Notes: a model not told the origin generated them from the letters alone. DNA of 64,000 nt from Candidatus Anderseniibacteriota bacterium (GCA_016197005.1 JACPWO010000001.1:346544-410543); one strand, 5' to 3'; numbered from the stretch's first letter, positions 36,505 through 46,808 are shown. Numbers and translations are program-made.

Positions 36505-37317
36505 TTATACCTCTACCTCTTTTAACTTGTAGAACCCAAGGACGCCTAAGCTGAGAAGAAACGTGCCTGTTGTCAGTAACAAATCTCCCCAATTAGCGTT
36601 GTAATAGGTACCCACCGTCGTAGCGTATGAGAAAGCAGTATCGCCTAAGAACATAACGCCGAGACCTAACAAGATAGCCACAATATCTCCAGTGTGCCGT
36701 CCGCCCATGTATTGGAAAGAGAGTCCCGAGATAATAACCGCAACCGCGAGACTTAGGAAATCACCCAGAGGATACGCAATATCTAAAACTATTTTCAAAG
36801 GAGTTTCTCCTTCTGGTACCAGGACACCACCACGCGCCACAACTACCAGAAGATAATAAGAGGCAGCAAGTATAGCAAAAGGAGCGATTGTCACGAAAAC
36901 TTTAGCGGTTTTACTTCGGAGACCATACTTTGCTCCCGTTACCTTAGATAAATAAAAGGCGCCTAATCCATAAAAGAAAATACTAGGAGCGAATCCAAGG
37001 TCAGCGACCGAAGGATATGGAGCAGGCACACCCAAAAAGAAGTTGTAGTAAGACCAGATCATCTCTCCTGCACCCCAAAACAGAATACCTAGACCCACAA
37101 AGAAAACTGCCTTACCAATAGCGGTTTTAACTCCACCCCACCTCTTGGCACTGAAGATCGCGACAATACCAGCAATCAAAGGAATCAATCCAAAGAGGAA
37201 TGAGTAGAAGTAATTGTAAAAACCTTCAGTAGTATTAGTGAAGAAGAGCGCCACCCAAAAAATCAGTAGAAAAATGTAGAATGCGAGGCTGATTTTTTGA
37301 GGAGTATTTAGGTTCAT
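36505..37317 (-). CDS. Polytopic membrane protein; paralog of 15743..16582
   Basis: Shared motifs KRWGGVKTAIGKAVFF and PYPSVADLGFAPSIFFYG. About 7-8 TM. Confidence 0.55.
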   Translation of the reverse strand: MNLNTPQKISLAFYIFLLIFWVALFFTNTTEGFYNYFYSFLFGLIPLIAGIVAIFSAKRWGGVKTAIGKAVFFVGLGILFWGAGEMIWSYYNFFLGVPAPYPSVADLGFAPSIFFYGLGAFYLSKVTGAKYGLRSKTAKVFVTIAPFAILAASYYLLVVVARGGVLVPEGETPLKIVLDIAYPLGDFLSLAVAVIISGLSFQYMGGRHTGDIVAILLGLGVMFLGDTAFSYATTVGTYYNANWGDLLLTTGTFLLSLGVLGFYKLKEVEV

Positions 37318-37359
37318 AGACCAGTGTTGCTCGTATTATATTCCTTCTATTTTTGCGGG

Positions 37360-38499
37360 TCAAACAAAGTAAACAGCGGGGCGTGGAAACCCATTAAAAG
37401 GACTAGTTGCTACCAGACTATATGCTCCGGCGTCGTGGAATATAAGTTTGTCCCCTACTTCTAGGTCTTGCGGAAGCAATGCTTCACGAGTAATAACATC
37501 AGGAGAATCTCCGGTTGGTCCAGCGAGGGCAAATAACATTTCTCCAGAATCGTATGAGTGCCGCATACTTGTTACTTTGTATCGAGTTGATCCTTGATAC
37601 GCCATGGCTTCAAAAAGCGCACTGTATACGCCTGCATCCAGGAAGAGCCAGGTAGCGCCTTGTCGCTCTACCCTCCCGATAACACTGGTGACTAACACTG
37701 CCGTGGTCGCCACTATCCCCCGCCCCGGCTCCAGTATGAGTTTTGGCTGGTATGGTAATTTCTCGTACTGCGGAAGAGTGTGCTCGGCGATCTCTTCCAG
37801 GGTAAGAGCAGTTTCTGTCGTGCCGTACGCGCACGGGTATCCACCCCCAATATTCAAAACATCTAGTTTAATATCGAGCTTATGCAAGTGCTCAATGGCC
37901 GGCTGAATACTTGTTATAGCATTAGCCCAACTCATCGGATTACTTGCCTGAGAACCCACGTGAAAACTAATCCCGATTGGATCCATTCCTCGCTCTTTTG
38001 CCCGTTGTAGTAGTGGAACAATGTTATCTTTGCTTGTTCCAAACTTTTCTGAAAAACGAAAAACACTGCCGGTGTCGTTGACCGCTACCCGGACATATAC
38101 TTTGGAGCCTGGCGCGACCGAGGCAATCTTTTCTAGTTCGGGGAGAGAGTCAAACGCGAAACGATCAACTCCATACTCAAAAAATTCTTTAATATGTGAA
38201 ATTGGTTTCACAGATGTGCCATAAATGATCTTATCAGCCGGCACACCAATTTTCTTAAGCATGTTGAGCTCGTATACGGAGGCAACCTCGAATCCACTCC
38301 CAGCTTCAAATAAGGTCTGTAGTACTTCCGGCTCAGCATTCGCCTTCATTGCATACTGAATTAAGGCACTGGGAAAGTATTTTTTGAAGTCCTTTAAATT
38401 GTCGGTGAGTCTCTTTTTTGAAAAAACGAAAAAGGGTGTCTCGTGCGTTAAGCTCTCGAGAAATTCAGTGTTAAATTCTGTGTGAGAAGCAGTAGACAT
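37360..38499 (-). CDS. PLP-dependent decarboxylase, fold III (Orn/DAP/Arg/carboxynorspermidine decarboxylase family)
   Basis: ALIQYAMKANAEPEVLQTLFEAGSGFEVASVYE is the PLP-lysine region. NIGGGYP and EPGRGIVA are also present. 379 aa, closest in size to CANSDC or LysA-like enzymes. Confidence 0.7.
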   Translation of the reverse strand: MSTASHTEFNTEFLESLTHETPFFVFSKKRLTDNLKDFKKYFPSALIQYAMKANAEPEVLQTLFEAGSGFEVASVYELNMLKKIGVPADKIIYGTSVKPISHIKEFFEYGVDRFAFDSLPELEKIASVAPGSKVYVRVAVNDTGSVFRFSEKFGTSKDNIVPLLQRAKERGMDPIGISFHVGSQASNPMSWANAITSIQPAIEHLHKLDIKLDVLNIGGGYPCAYGTTETALTLEEIAEHTLPQYEKLPYQPKLILEPGRGIVATTAVLVTSVIGRVERQGATWLFLDAGVYSALFEAMAYQGSTRYKVTSMRHSYDSGEMLFALAGPTGDSPDVITREALLPQDLEVGDKLIFHDAGAYSLVATSPFNGFPRPAVYFV

Positions 38500-38520
38500 A
38501 TTGGGTAAGCCGTGCTCGGG

Positions 38521-39417
38521 TTATAGCACGGACAACATCATAATTCCAACAATAATGATGAGACTTCCGACTGTTTGAATAAGGGTTATCTTTTCTTTTA
38601 AGAACATTCTTGCCAGGATAATTGTCGGCAAAGAAAATGCTCCACTCAGAAGGGCGACGACGCTGGTACGTGGCGTTGCACTGTACCCTAAGCTAATTGC
38701 TAAATAGGCGAAAGTTTCGCATACACCAATTAAGATCAAGAATTTCCAGATAGAAGATTTCACCGCAAACAGGTCAACTCGCTGCACGGCCGATGCTACC
38801 AAAATGGCGAATGTCATAAATGAGTACATAAAGAATGTATACGACAGCCAATCCGCTCCCCCGATAAAAACATCCCATGATAATGTCCACAGACCAGCCA
38901 TGAGCGTGGCAAACGCTACTTCTTTAAAGCCAGGGATACGAGTAAACCTAAGGCGCCGAGAAAAGAATGCCTTAATATCAATGTTCACTAGCAAAATTCC
39001 AATAAAAATAGTTACTAGCCCTACTAAGAGATATCCACCAATTATTTCTCCAAAGAAGACAATGGATAAGACAGCAGTTATACCCGAAAAAGCCGCAAAT
39101 ACTGGACTGAGCAGTCCTACCTGCCCCTTACCAAATCCCTTGTAGACCAAAAAGTAGATAAGAGCCTGCATGACGCCAAAAATGATCATGAAAATCCATG
39201 TTTGTGGATTTTCTGGTAGCGCAATTTCTTTACCTCGTACTTCCATCTGATAAAAAACCATGGTCAGAAGCGTAAGCGTTCCAAATACGTGTCCCCACGC
39301 TAAGCTAGCTATATCCCCAATTTGATCAATTGTTTTTTTCGCAAAAAAGTCAGCAAACCCCCAACCAAGCATTCCTCCGAGTCCGGCAAGTATGGCAACA
39401 AGTAGTTCTGTTTGCAT
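38521..39417 (-). CDS. EamA/DMT-family transporter (10 TM)
   Basis: Two repeated 5-TM halves and a hydrophobic profile typical of EamA. Confidence 0.6.
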   Translation of the reverse strand: MQTELLVAILAGLGGMLGWGFADFFAKKTIDQIGDIASLAWGHVFGTLTLLTMVFYQMEVRGKEIALPENPQTWIFMIIFGVMQALIYFLVYKGFGKGQVGLLSPVFAAFSGITAVLSIVFFGEIIGGYLLVGLVTIFIGILLVNIDIKAFFSRRLRFTRIPGFKEVAFATLMAGLWTLSWDVFIGGADWLSYTFFMYSFMTFAILVASAVQRVDLFAVKSSIWKFLILIGVCETFAYLAISLGYSATPRTSVVALLSGAFSLPTIILARMFLKEKITLIQTVGSLIIIVGIMMLSVL

Positions 39418-39573
39418 GTGCTTAAAAGTGTACTTAATAACTCAGATTTTGTCTTTTAGTAAAGTACTCTACGGGCTTACGCCCGTAGTATCTACTCTAG
39501 TACAAGCTGCGCTTCGCCACCTTGCTGGTGACCCTTAACTACATTACAAAACAAACACTGCATACTTGCTAGT

Positions 39574-39888
39574 TTACGTGCTTGGTATTTCTTTAATCCA
39601 TTTATCATGAAGTGCGCGCTCTAAGTCAACTCCCATCACATCCGCAGCTACAATTGCCATACCAACAACATCAGCAAGCTCTTGAGCAACTTTCTTCGCT
39701 GATTGATCAGGAGGAAGTAGTTTTTCCGGCCGACTCTTTTTTTCCTGAGTTAATATTGCTTCAGCAAATTCTCCTATTTCTTCAACTAGTTTTAGCAACA
39801 CAAAATCCTTATCAATGATGACATTATAGCGTTCACCATAATCTTGGGCATTTGCTATAATCTTCTTTTGTAAATCGTTAAATTCCAT
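39574..39888 (-). CDS. MazG-like nucleotide pyrophosphohydrolase domain protein
   Basis: LVEEIGEFAEAI...ELADVVGMA is the EExxE...D MazG-type motif. 104 aa. Confidence 0.6.
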   Translation of the reverse strand: MEFNDLQKKIIANAQDYGERYNVIIDKDFVLLKLVEEIGEFAEAILTQEKKSRPEKLLPPDQSAKKVAQELADVVGMAIVAADVMGVDLERALHDKWIKEIPST

Positions 39889-40023
39889 ATGAGATCTTTA
39901 AATAAATCTTCAAAATTAAATGCTATCGAACTAACAGTACCCATTACCTATAGATTGCGATTAATTGCCTAATTACCAACTCGTCCGATTTAATATAATG
40001 ACCCGTAAAATCAAACCGAACTT

Positions 40024-40752
40024 TCATAAAATCCTCTCTCCGAGAAAAACCCTTTCAAGTCTAGCACCCTCAAGCAGGGACTTGGGGTTTGGTTCATCAA
40101 TTACAACCTTTCCTCTAGCAAGCACGAAAACTCTATCGGCAACTTCAAGCAATGGTCTAATATTGTGCTCAACTACAAGAATAGCTGTGTTCCTTCTTTC
40201 TTTGATTTCTATTATTTTTTCAAATACCTCTTTTGCAATTTTGGGGGCGAGGCCTAGAGAGGGTTCATCTAGCATGAGAACTTTCGGATCAGTTATCAGT
40301 CCACGAGCCAACGCAAGCATTTGTTGCTGCCCTCCAGAAAGCTCTCTGCCTTTTGCAGATAGTTTATTCTTGAGATCAGGAAACATATCCAAGACATCAG
40401 CAATTCGACTCCGCATGATTTTTTTATCTTTTATTACCACACCTCCTATTTCTAGGTTGTCTTGAACAGTAAGATTAGAAAATATTTGTCGTCCTTGAGG
40501 TACATACGCAACGCCTTGTTGCACCATTTTATAGGACACGGGTTCTATTTCTTTCTCGTGCCATAAAATATGTCCACTTTGGATCGGAGCAAGTCCAAAT
40601 ACACTCTTTATAACAGTTGACTTTCCTGCTCCATTAGGACCTATAAGAGCAACAATTTGCCCCTCACCAATTTCTATTGAGGCTTCATCAAGGGCTTTAA
40701 CACCGCCATAATGCACCGAGACACCAACTAGTTGTAACAGTGTTCCTTTCAT
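40024..40752 (-). CDS. livF: Branched-chain amino acid ABC transporter ATP-binding protein
   Basis: Walker A GPNGAGKST, signature LSGGQQQML and Walker B VLMLDEPS. Confidence 0.8.
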   Translation of the reverse strand: MKGTLLQLVGVSVHYGGVKALDEASIEIGEGQIVALIGPNGAGKSTVIKSVFGLAPIQSGHILWHEKEIEPVSYKMVQQGVAYVPQGRQIFSNLTVQDNLEIGGVVIKDKKIMRSRIADVLDMFPDLKNKLSAKGRELSGGQQQMLALARGLITDPKVLMLDEPSLGLAPKIAKEVFEKIIEIKERRNTAILVVEHNIRPLLEVADRVFVLARGKVVIDEPNPKSLLEGARLERVFLGERIL

Positions 40753-40754
40753 AC

Positions 40755-41486
40755 TTAATCCCCAAGATATGCCGCAATAACACGTTTGTCCTTCAAAACA
40801 TCTTCGGGTTTACCCTCAGCCAATAAAGTCCCTGCATTCATTACAATTACGCGATCACAAAGTCCTCGGATTAACTCTATGTCATGCTCAATAAGTACAA
40901 CGGTCTTATCTTGTATTTTAAGGTCGTAAATTATATCAATGACAATTTTTCTCATCTCTGGAAAGAGACCCGCAAATGGTTCATCAAAAAAATAAATTTC
41001 TGATTTCATTGCAATCGCTCGCGCAATCTCTAGAAGTTTTCTTTGCCCGTATGAAAGTCTTTCAACATTATCATCTTTCTTTTCCCACAGATTTACTCCT
41101 TTTAAAATGGCTTCCGCTTCCGAAATGTGATGTATTTTGTGTCGTTCGAATAGTGCTGAAAAAACATTACGTTCAGTGAGTACGACAAGAATATTATCGA
41201 GGACACTCATTTGTTCAAAAAGTCGCACCGCTTGAAATGTGCGTGTTATGCCATAAGCATGTATGTTAAATGGTTTTACTTTTTCTCGTTTTGTTTCTGA
41301 AACAATTACAGAACCTTTTTCAAAAGGAATTACTCCCGTAAGAATGTTAACGAGAGTAGTTTTGCCAGATCCATTAGGCCCAATAATTCCCGTTATATTT
41401 CCATCTCTGATCTCAATAGTTAAATCGTCTACGGCTTTTATACCGTTAAATATCTTTGTTAAATCTTTGGCTCGGACTTGTGACAT
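40755..41486 (-). CDS. livG: Branched-chain amino acid ABC transporter ATP-binding protein
   Basis: Walker A GPNGSGKTT, signature LSYGQRKLL and Walker B IYFFDEPFAG. Confidence 0.8.
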   Translation of the reverse strand: MSQVRAKDLTKIFNGIKAVDDLTIEIRDGNITGIIGPNGSGKTTLVNILTGVIPFEKGSVIVSETKREKVKPFNIHAYGITRTFQAVRLFEQMSVLDNILVVLTERNVFSALFERHKIHHISEAEAILKGVNLWEKKDDNVERLSYGQRKLLEIARAIAMKSEIYFFDEPFAGLFPEMRKIVIDIIYDLKIQDKTVVLIEHDIELIRGLCDRVIVMNAGTLLAEGKPEDVLKDKRVIAAYLGD

Positions 41487-41549
41487 GGCATCAATTATAA
41501 CAAACCCCCCTTTTATCGGGAGGGCTTTGAGATTCTATTCTTATGGTGG

Positions 41550-42635
41550 CTATTTAATTGTTACTGGCTGACCGTTTTGGATTATTCTTACGGCTGCTGG
41601 TGAAAGAATGATATCGTTTTCTCCCACACTAAGATTCCCCAAAGCACCGTTGAAGTTTTCTACGTCTTTAAGACCTTCAGCTATGTCCTTTGGTGTTGGT
41701 CGCTGAGGTTCGTCTTCAGTAACTGAAACAACAAGATTGAAGATGTCATAGGCGTTTGGAGCACCTAATGTTTGATTCTTACCAGTTCTTGAGTTGAATG
41801 CTTGATTGAATTCATTTGTTGGCTCTGCGGCGTTTACATACCAGTACCCCTCAAACAAGTCCCGTTCCTCAGTCAGTTCAAAAGCTTCGATTGAAGTTAA
41901 AGGAGTTGTAATTCCAGCTTCTTTCATTTGTCTTCCTAGGATTTCAAGCTCAGGAGTAAAAGCAAAAAGAAGATAAATTTCTGGGTTGCCATCCTTTGCC
42001 TTGTTAACTGCGGTTCTAAAATCAGTATCACCAGCATTTATGGTTTGTTCATTAACAATCTCTATATCAGTTCCTTCTAATCTTTCCTTTACAGCATCAG
42101 CAACAGCTACCGCTCCTTGCTGATTAGGAACAATCATTCCAAGACGAGAAATGTTTCTTTTTTCTAATTCTTCCACAAATACACGAGCCTCCTCTGCCGG
42201 AGGGGTCCAGTGAATAAAGTTATAGAAACCATTAGCGACATTTGGGTCAGAAGCGATCCCGAGATGCACAATCTCATTTCTTTCAGCAATAGGTGCTACA
42301 ACATTACCTGAGCCAGAAGAAAAAGATACGAGCACATCTACTCCATCGATATCAATTAATTTATTTGTCGCACTCGCTGTCATTTTCGGATCAAGTTGAT
42401 CGTCTTCGAATATCAACTCGTATTGATATTCAGTATCACCCAATTGTTCCTTAGCTAATAGCATTGCCTCCCTTACTCCTTCTCCCAGGAAAGCAGTGTC
42501 ACCTGTCAGTGGGGCAACTACCCCAATTTTTATAAGACCAGCCTCTGCTTGATCTGGGGATCGATCAAATAGCGCAATCCCGACGATTACAAGAATTACT
42601 GCCGCGATTATTCCAATTATCCATTTAGTTTTCAT
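41550..42635 (-). CDS. ABC transporter substrate-binding protein (type I PBP, LivJ/K-like), N-terminal TM/signal anchor
   Basis: IKIGVVAPLTGDTAFLGEG is the LivJ-like N-terminal motif. 361 aa. It sits between the ATPase and permease genes. Confidence 0.7.
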   Translation of the reverse strand: MKTKWIIGIIAAVILVIVGIALFDRSPDQAEAGLIKIGVVAPLTGDTAFLGEGVREAMLLAKEQLGDTEYQYELIFEDDQLDPKMTASATNKLIDIDGVDVLVSFSSGSGNVVAPIAERNEIVHLGIASDPNVANGFYNFIHWTPPAEEARVFVEELEKRNISRLGMIVPNQQGAVAVADAVKERLEGTDIEIVNEQTINAGDTDFRTAVNKAKDGNPEIYLLFAFTPELEILGRQMKEAGITTPLTSIEAFELTEERDLFEGYWYVNAAEPTNEFNQAFNSRTGKNQTLGAPNAYDIFNLVVSVTEDEPQRPTPKDIAEGLKDVENFNGALGNLSVGENDIILSPAAVRIIQNGQPVTIK

Positions 42636-42672
42636 ATTATTAATATATTACCCCCCGAAACTTAAAATGCAA

Positions 42673-43539
42673 TCAGAGCCTGTACTTACCCAAAAAACCT
42701 TGTGGTCGATAGATCATCAAAACAATAAGAAGGAGGCCATATATAACCTGTCTCATCTGCGCAGCGATATCACTTGGCATGCCGACAAACCTCAAGAATT
42801 CCGGCAAAAGAATGATTGTAGCAGCGCCTAAAGCCGCGCCTTTATTGTCAGCAAGCCCCCCAAGGATAACCATCGAGAGGATAAACACCGATTCAGTAGC
42901 AGCAAAAGAGGAGGGGTCGATAAAAGTGATGTATGAAGCAAAGAATGAACCGGCTACGGCCGCCATCCCCGCGCTTATCATGAATATCGTTAGTTTGTAA
43001 TAATGCGTGCGATAACCAAATATTTGCAGAGCTTTTTCGTCATCTCGTATAGCCTTTATTACTCGACCAAAAGAAGAATTTACTATGAAGTGAGATAAAA
43101 AGTACAAAGCAACAAGAGCAATTAGCGTCAAAGCCAAAAAACTCACATTCGATGTAAAAATAAATCCAAAAAGCTCGGGTCTATCAATACCAGAAATGCC
43201 AAATGGACCTCCCGTTACAGACTGTAGATTAAGAAAAATACTAAAAACGATAATGTTAAATCCTAAAGACGCAAGCGCATAGAAGTCGTCATCAAATTTT
43301 GAAAGTATAAGTCCAATCAGAAAAGAACTGGTAAGCGCCGCAATTATTCCGACAACAACTGACGTAAAGAATCCAATATCTGTCATTGTTAAAAGAATTG
43401 CAGTCGCGTAAGCCCCTATACCGAAAAATGCCACATGCGTGACACTCAATAAACCAGTGTAACCAACCACAAGGTTTAAAGACATGCTCAGCATGACAAA
43501 AATTGAAATCAATATTCCTAAGTGCGCAAGGTATGCCAT
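42673..43539 (-). CDS. livM: Branched-chain amino acid ABC permease
   Basis: Polytopic membrane protein in the Liv operon position. GYTGLLSVTHVAFFGIGAY is the LivM-like N-terminus. Confidence 0.75.
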   Translation of the reverse strand: MAYLAHLGILISIFVMLSMSLNLVVGYTGLLSVTHVAFFGIGAYATAILLTMTDIGFFTSVVVGIIAALTSSFLIGLILSKFDDDFYALASLGFNIIVFSIFLNLQSVTGGPFGISGIDRPELFGFIFTSNVSFLALTLIALVALYFLSHFIVNSSFGRVIKAIRDDEKALQIFGYRTHYYKLTIFMISAGMAAVAGSFFASYITFIDPSSFAATESVFILSMVILGGLADNKGAALGAATIILLPEFLRFVGMPSDIAAQMRQVIYGLLLIVLMIYRPQGFLGKYRL

Positions 43540-44405
43540 TATTTTCTAAATATTCCTTGTGGTCGGAAATATAAGAATAAAATCAGTAGCCCGAAAGCAA
43601 TCGCATCCTTCCACTCTGTACTGATATGCCAAATTCCATAATTTTCAATCAGCCCCAAAAACAAGGCGCCAACTACACCACCATACACATTTCCAACGCC
43701 ACCAATGATTGAAGCAACAACCCCTTTCAAAAGAAGTGAAAATCCCATGGTTGGTGTAATGCCTGTATCAAATCCGACCAATATACCTACCAAGCCTGCT
43801 ATTGCTGACCCAATGAAAAGTACATAGCCAATAATTCTGGATGTGTTGATTCCAACTATTTTTGAAACCTCTTCGCTATCACCAATTGCTCTTATCGATT
43901 TACCAAACGTAGTAAATCGGAAAATTATGGCCAAAGCAAACATTACAACAATACTCGTCCCCAAAATGATTACTTGAATTCTCGTGATAGATCCCCCAAA
44001 CACATGAAATATTCTCTCCGCGTCTACTGGGCCCGATAGAGTGCGAAACTGGCTACTAAAAAAAATCCCAATCACTGCTTGTATAACCGTAAAAATACCT
44101 AAGGAAGCGACAAGTAGAGCCATGTTACTTGCCTTTCTTTTACGTAGAGGCACATAAACAAGTAGATAGATAATGTATCCCGCTATTCCAGCCATAATTG
44201 TTCCAATCAAGATACTTATCGGAAGTGGCAGACCAATCTGTCTCGACAAGAAGAAAACGGTGTAGCCACCTACTGCTATTAAAGCACTGTATCCAAGATC
44301 AAAAAAACGCATTGTGCCATAACTGAGGTTAAAGCCTAAGGCAACCAACGCATATATCGACCCAGCGATCAGTCCGTTTAGAGTCAGTTGAATAAATATG
44401 TCCAT
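43539..44405 (-). CDS. livH: Branched-chain amino acid ABC permease
   Basis: Start MDIFIQLTLNGLIAGSIYALVALGFNLSYG is the classic LivH N-terminus. Confidence 0.75.
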   Translation of the reverse strand: MDIFIQLTLNGLIAGSIYALVALGFNLSYGTMRFFDLGYSALIAVGGYTVFFLSRQIGLPLPISILIGTIMAGIAGYIIYLLVYVPLRKRKASNMALLVASLGIFTVIQAVIGIFFSSQFRTLSGPVDAERIFHVFGGSITRIQVIILGTSIVVMFALAIIFRFTTFGKSIRAIGDSEEVSKIVGINTSRIIGYVLFIGSAIAGLVGILVGFDTGITPTMGFSLLLKGVVASIIGGVGNVYGGVVGALFLGLIENYGIWHISTEWKDAIAFGLLILFLYFRPQGIFRK

Positions 44406-44463
44406 AGCTTGATTACACGATGCTCGAACCTACTTATTCAAAATCTTAAAAGATATAATATAT

Positions 44464-45915
44464 TTAATACGCTTTAGCAAAAATTACTCGTCCTTCTGAC
44501 GGTTTTCCACTTTTGATACACATTCCAGCCTCTTGTACTTGATCAAAAGGAATACAGCGAATGGTCGCACCAGTTTCTTCCTTGATTTGTTCTTCGACCC
44601 CTGCATCTCCGCACCAATGGGCAAGAACGAAGTTTCCTTCCTTGATCTTTTGAGTAAAGTCATCCCATGAGTCTACGGTCTTTGTGTTAGTAACTCTTCT
44701 TTCAAGCGCTTTTGTGTAGAGGTCTTTTTGAATCGTCTCTAAGAGCGTTGTGGTTTCGCTCGCAAGAGCATCGAGCGAAATATGCTGCTTCTCGCCCGTA
44801 TCTCGACGAACAACTACCGCTGTATTCTTTGCGACATCTTTCGGTCCCAACTCCACACGCACTGGTATCCCCTTCTTTTCCCATTCATAGAATTTTTCGC
44901 CTGGACGTAACTCGCGAGCATCTACCTCTGCGCGGATGCCAGCAACTTGAAGTTCCTTCATTATCTCCCGAGCCTTTTCTTCGATACTAGTCGTGTCGTC
45001 ACCATGCCCGATAGTGGTAATAATGACCTGAATCGATGCCAGACGAGGAGGCAAAACAAGCCCTTTATCGTCGCCATGTGCCATAATAAGTCCGCCGATA
45101 GTGCGCGTTGATAACCCCCAACTTGTCTGCGAACCATACTCTTGCTCCCCATTTCTACCAAGAAACGATACATCAAATACTTTTGCGAAATTGGTGCCGA
45201 GGTTGTGCGAAGTTGCGAGCTGAAGCGCTTTACCATCTTGCATCATCGCTTCTATGGAGTAGGTGCGTAGAGCACCGGCGAATTTCTCTGACTCTGACTT
45301 AACTCCGGAAATAACCGGAATTGCCATAACACGTTCTGCAAAGTCCTTATAGACGTCGAGCATCTGACGTGCACGCTTATCGGCGTCTTCCATGGTTTCG
45401 TGTACTGTATGACCTTCCTGCCATAAGAATTCCGTAGTACGCAGAAAAAGTCGTGGGCGCATCTCCCAGCGCACAACATTAGCCCACTGATTGATGAGAA
45501 GCGGTAGATCGCGATACGACTGTATCCAACGAGAAAATGTGTCGTATATAATTGTCTCTGACGTCGGCCTAACAACGAGGGGTTCCTCAAGCTTTTTACC
45601 ACCCGCATGCGTTACTACTGCAATCTCCGGTGCGAATCCTTCTACATGATCCGCTTCGCGCTTTAAGAATTTTTCCGGAATGAACATTGGAAAGTATGCG
45701 TTCTGTACTCCAGTTTCCTTGAATCGCGCATCAAGAATATCCTGAATTCTCTCCCAGAGCGCGTAACCATATGGCTTGATAATCATAGTACCTCGTACCG
45801 GTCCATTCTCCGCCAAATCTGCTGCCGTAATGACGTCAAGGTACCACTGCGAAAAATCATTTGCGCGAGAAGTTATGCTCTTTTCTGACGCTTTAATATT
45901 TTTGACATGTGACAT
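44464..45915 (-). CDS. proS: Prolyl-tRNA synthetase, archaeal/eukaryotic-type (short, no editing insertion)
   Basis: FSQWYLDVITAADLAENGPVRGTMIIKPYGYALWERIQD and class II motifs. 483 aa. Confidence 0.85.
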   Translation of the reverse strand: MSHVKNIKASEKSITSRANDFSQWYLDVITAADLAENGPVRGTMIIKPYGYALWERIQDILDARFKETGVQNAYFPMFIPEKFLKREADHVEGFAPEIAVVTHAGGKKLEEPLVVRPTSETIIYDTFSRWIQSYRDLPLLINQWANVVRWEMRPRLFLRTTEFLWQEGHTVHETMEDADKRARQMLDVYKDFAERVMAIPVISGVKSESEKFAGALRTYSIEAMMQDGKALQLATSHNLGTNFAKVFDVSFLGRNGEQEYGSQTSWGLSTRTIGGLIMAHGDDKGLVLPPRLASIQVIITTIGHGDDTTSIEEKAREIMKELQVAGIRAEVDARELRPGEKFYEWEKKGIPVRVELGPKDVAKNTAVVVRRDTGEKQHISLDALASETTTLLETIQKDLYTKALERRVTNTKTVDSWDDFTQKIKEGNFVLAHWCGDAGVEEQIKEETGATIRCIPFDQVQEAGMCIKSGKPSEGRVIFAKAY

Positions 45916-46028
45916 AATATATCTTACGAAATTATTCCACTATTTTTTACCGTGTTTGGCGTTAAGAATTATTTTTCCACATATTTTAAGAATAACTTAA
46001 CTCCACATTTTGCATAGCAGCTTTACTA

Positions 46029-46808
46029 CTAGTTTATTACTTCTTTTTTTAACTTCTTCCCAGTGACAATACACTCAATACTCGCTACATCTCGTAACTT
46101 TTGTTTAATTTCTTGATGCCTCTTCAAGTAGTTGACTAGACTTTCTGCTACCACCTTCGGTTGATCAAAGAGCTGAATGGTGTTTGGAATGAGTTCAGCA
46201 AAGAGTTGATGCTTGAAAGAATAATGAGTGCAACCAAGTAAGATCGCATCCGGTGGATGATCACTCTTTTTGAGTAGCATACTAACGAATACAGCCGCCT
46301 TTTCCTTTATTTCCTCATCCGGTGCTCCCTCCTCAATGAGATCCACAAGACCTGGGCAAGCTTGCTCAATCAATTTCATATCTGGTGCTCGCTTTTTTAT
46401 TTCCCGCTCGTACGCACCGCTGGCAATAGTAGCCTTCGTGGCCAAAATACCAAGCGATTTATATGTATCCGTTGTTACCTGCTCAATCGTCGGCACGAGG
46501 ATTCCTAATACCTTTCGATCAGGATAATGAATAGGTAGCCATTCTTGCTGCAGACGTCGTAGTGCGCACGCAGAGGCAGAATTACAGGCCAAGATCACTA
46601 AAATACAGCCCTTTTCAAACAGAATTTCTACTGATTTTTTTGTAAGTACGTAAATTTCTTCTGCCGTCTTATCTCCATACGGCGTATTCGCGTTGTCAGC
46701 TAGATAGATATACGAATATTGCGGGAGCAGCTTTCGGATTGCGCTCAGAATTGATAACCCTCCAATACCAGAGTCAAAGACGCCAATACTACTGCCCGCT
46801 TTTGACAT
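46029..46808 (-). CDS. murI: Glutamate racemase
   Basis: IGVFDSGIGGLSIL, ACNSASA and GCTHY motifs. The start is placed at internal Met MSKAGSS. The track ORF extends to 46895 through an Arg-rich extension that would overlap rfbB. Confidence 0.8.
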   Translation of the reverse strand: MSKAGSSIGVFDSGIGGLSILSAIRKLLPQYSYIYLADNANTPYGDKTAEEIYVLTKKSVEILFEKGCILVILACNSASACALRRLQQEWLPIHYPDRKVLGILVPTIEQVTTDTYKSLGILATKATIASGAYEREIKKRAPDMKLIEQACPGLVDLIEEGAPDEEIKEKAAVFVSMLLKKSDHPPDAILLGCTHYSFKHQLFAELIPNTIQLFDQPKVVAESLVNYLKRHQEIKQKLRDVASIECIVTGKKLKKEVIN

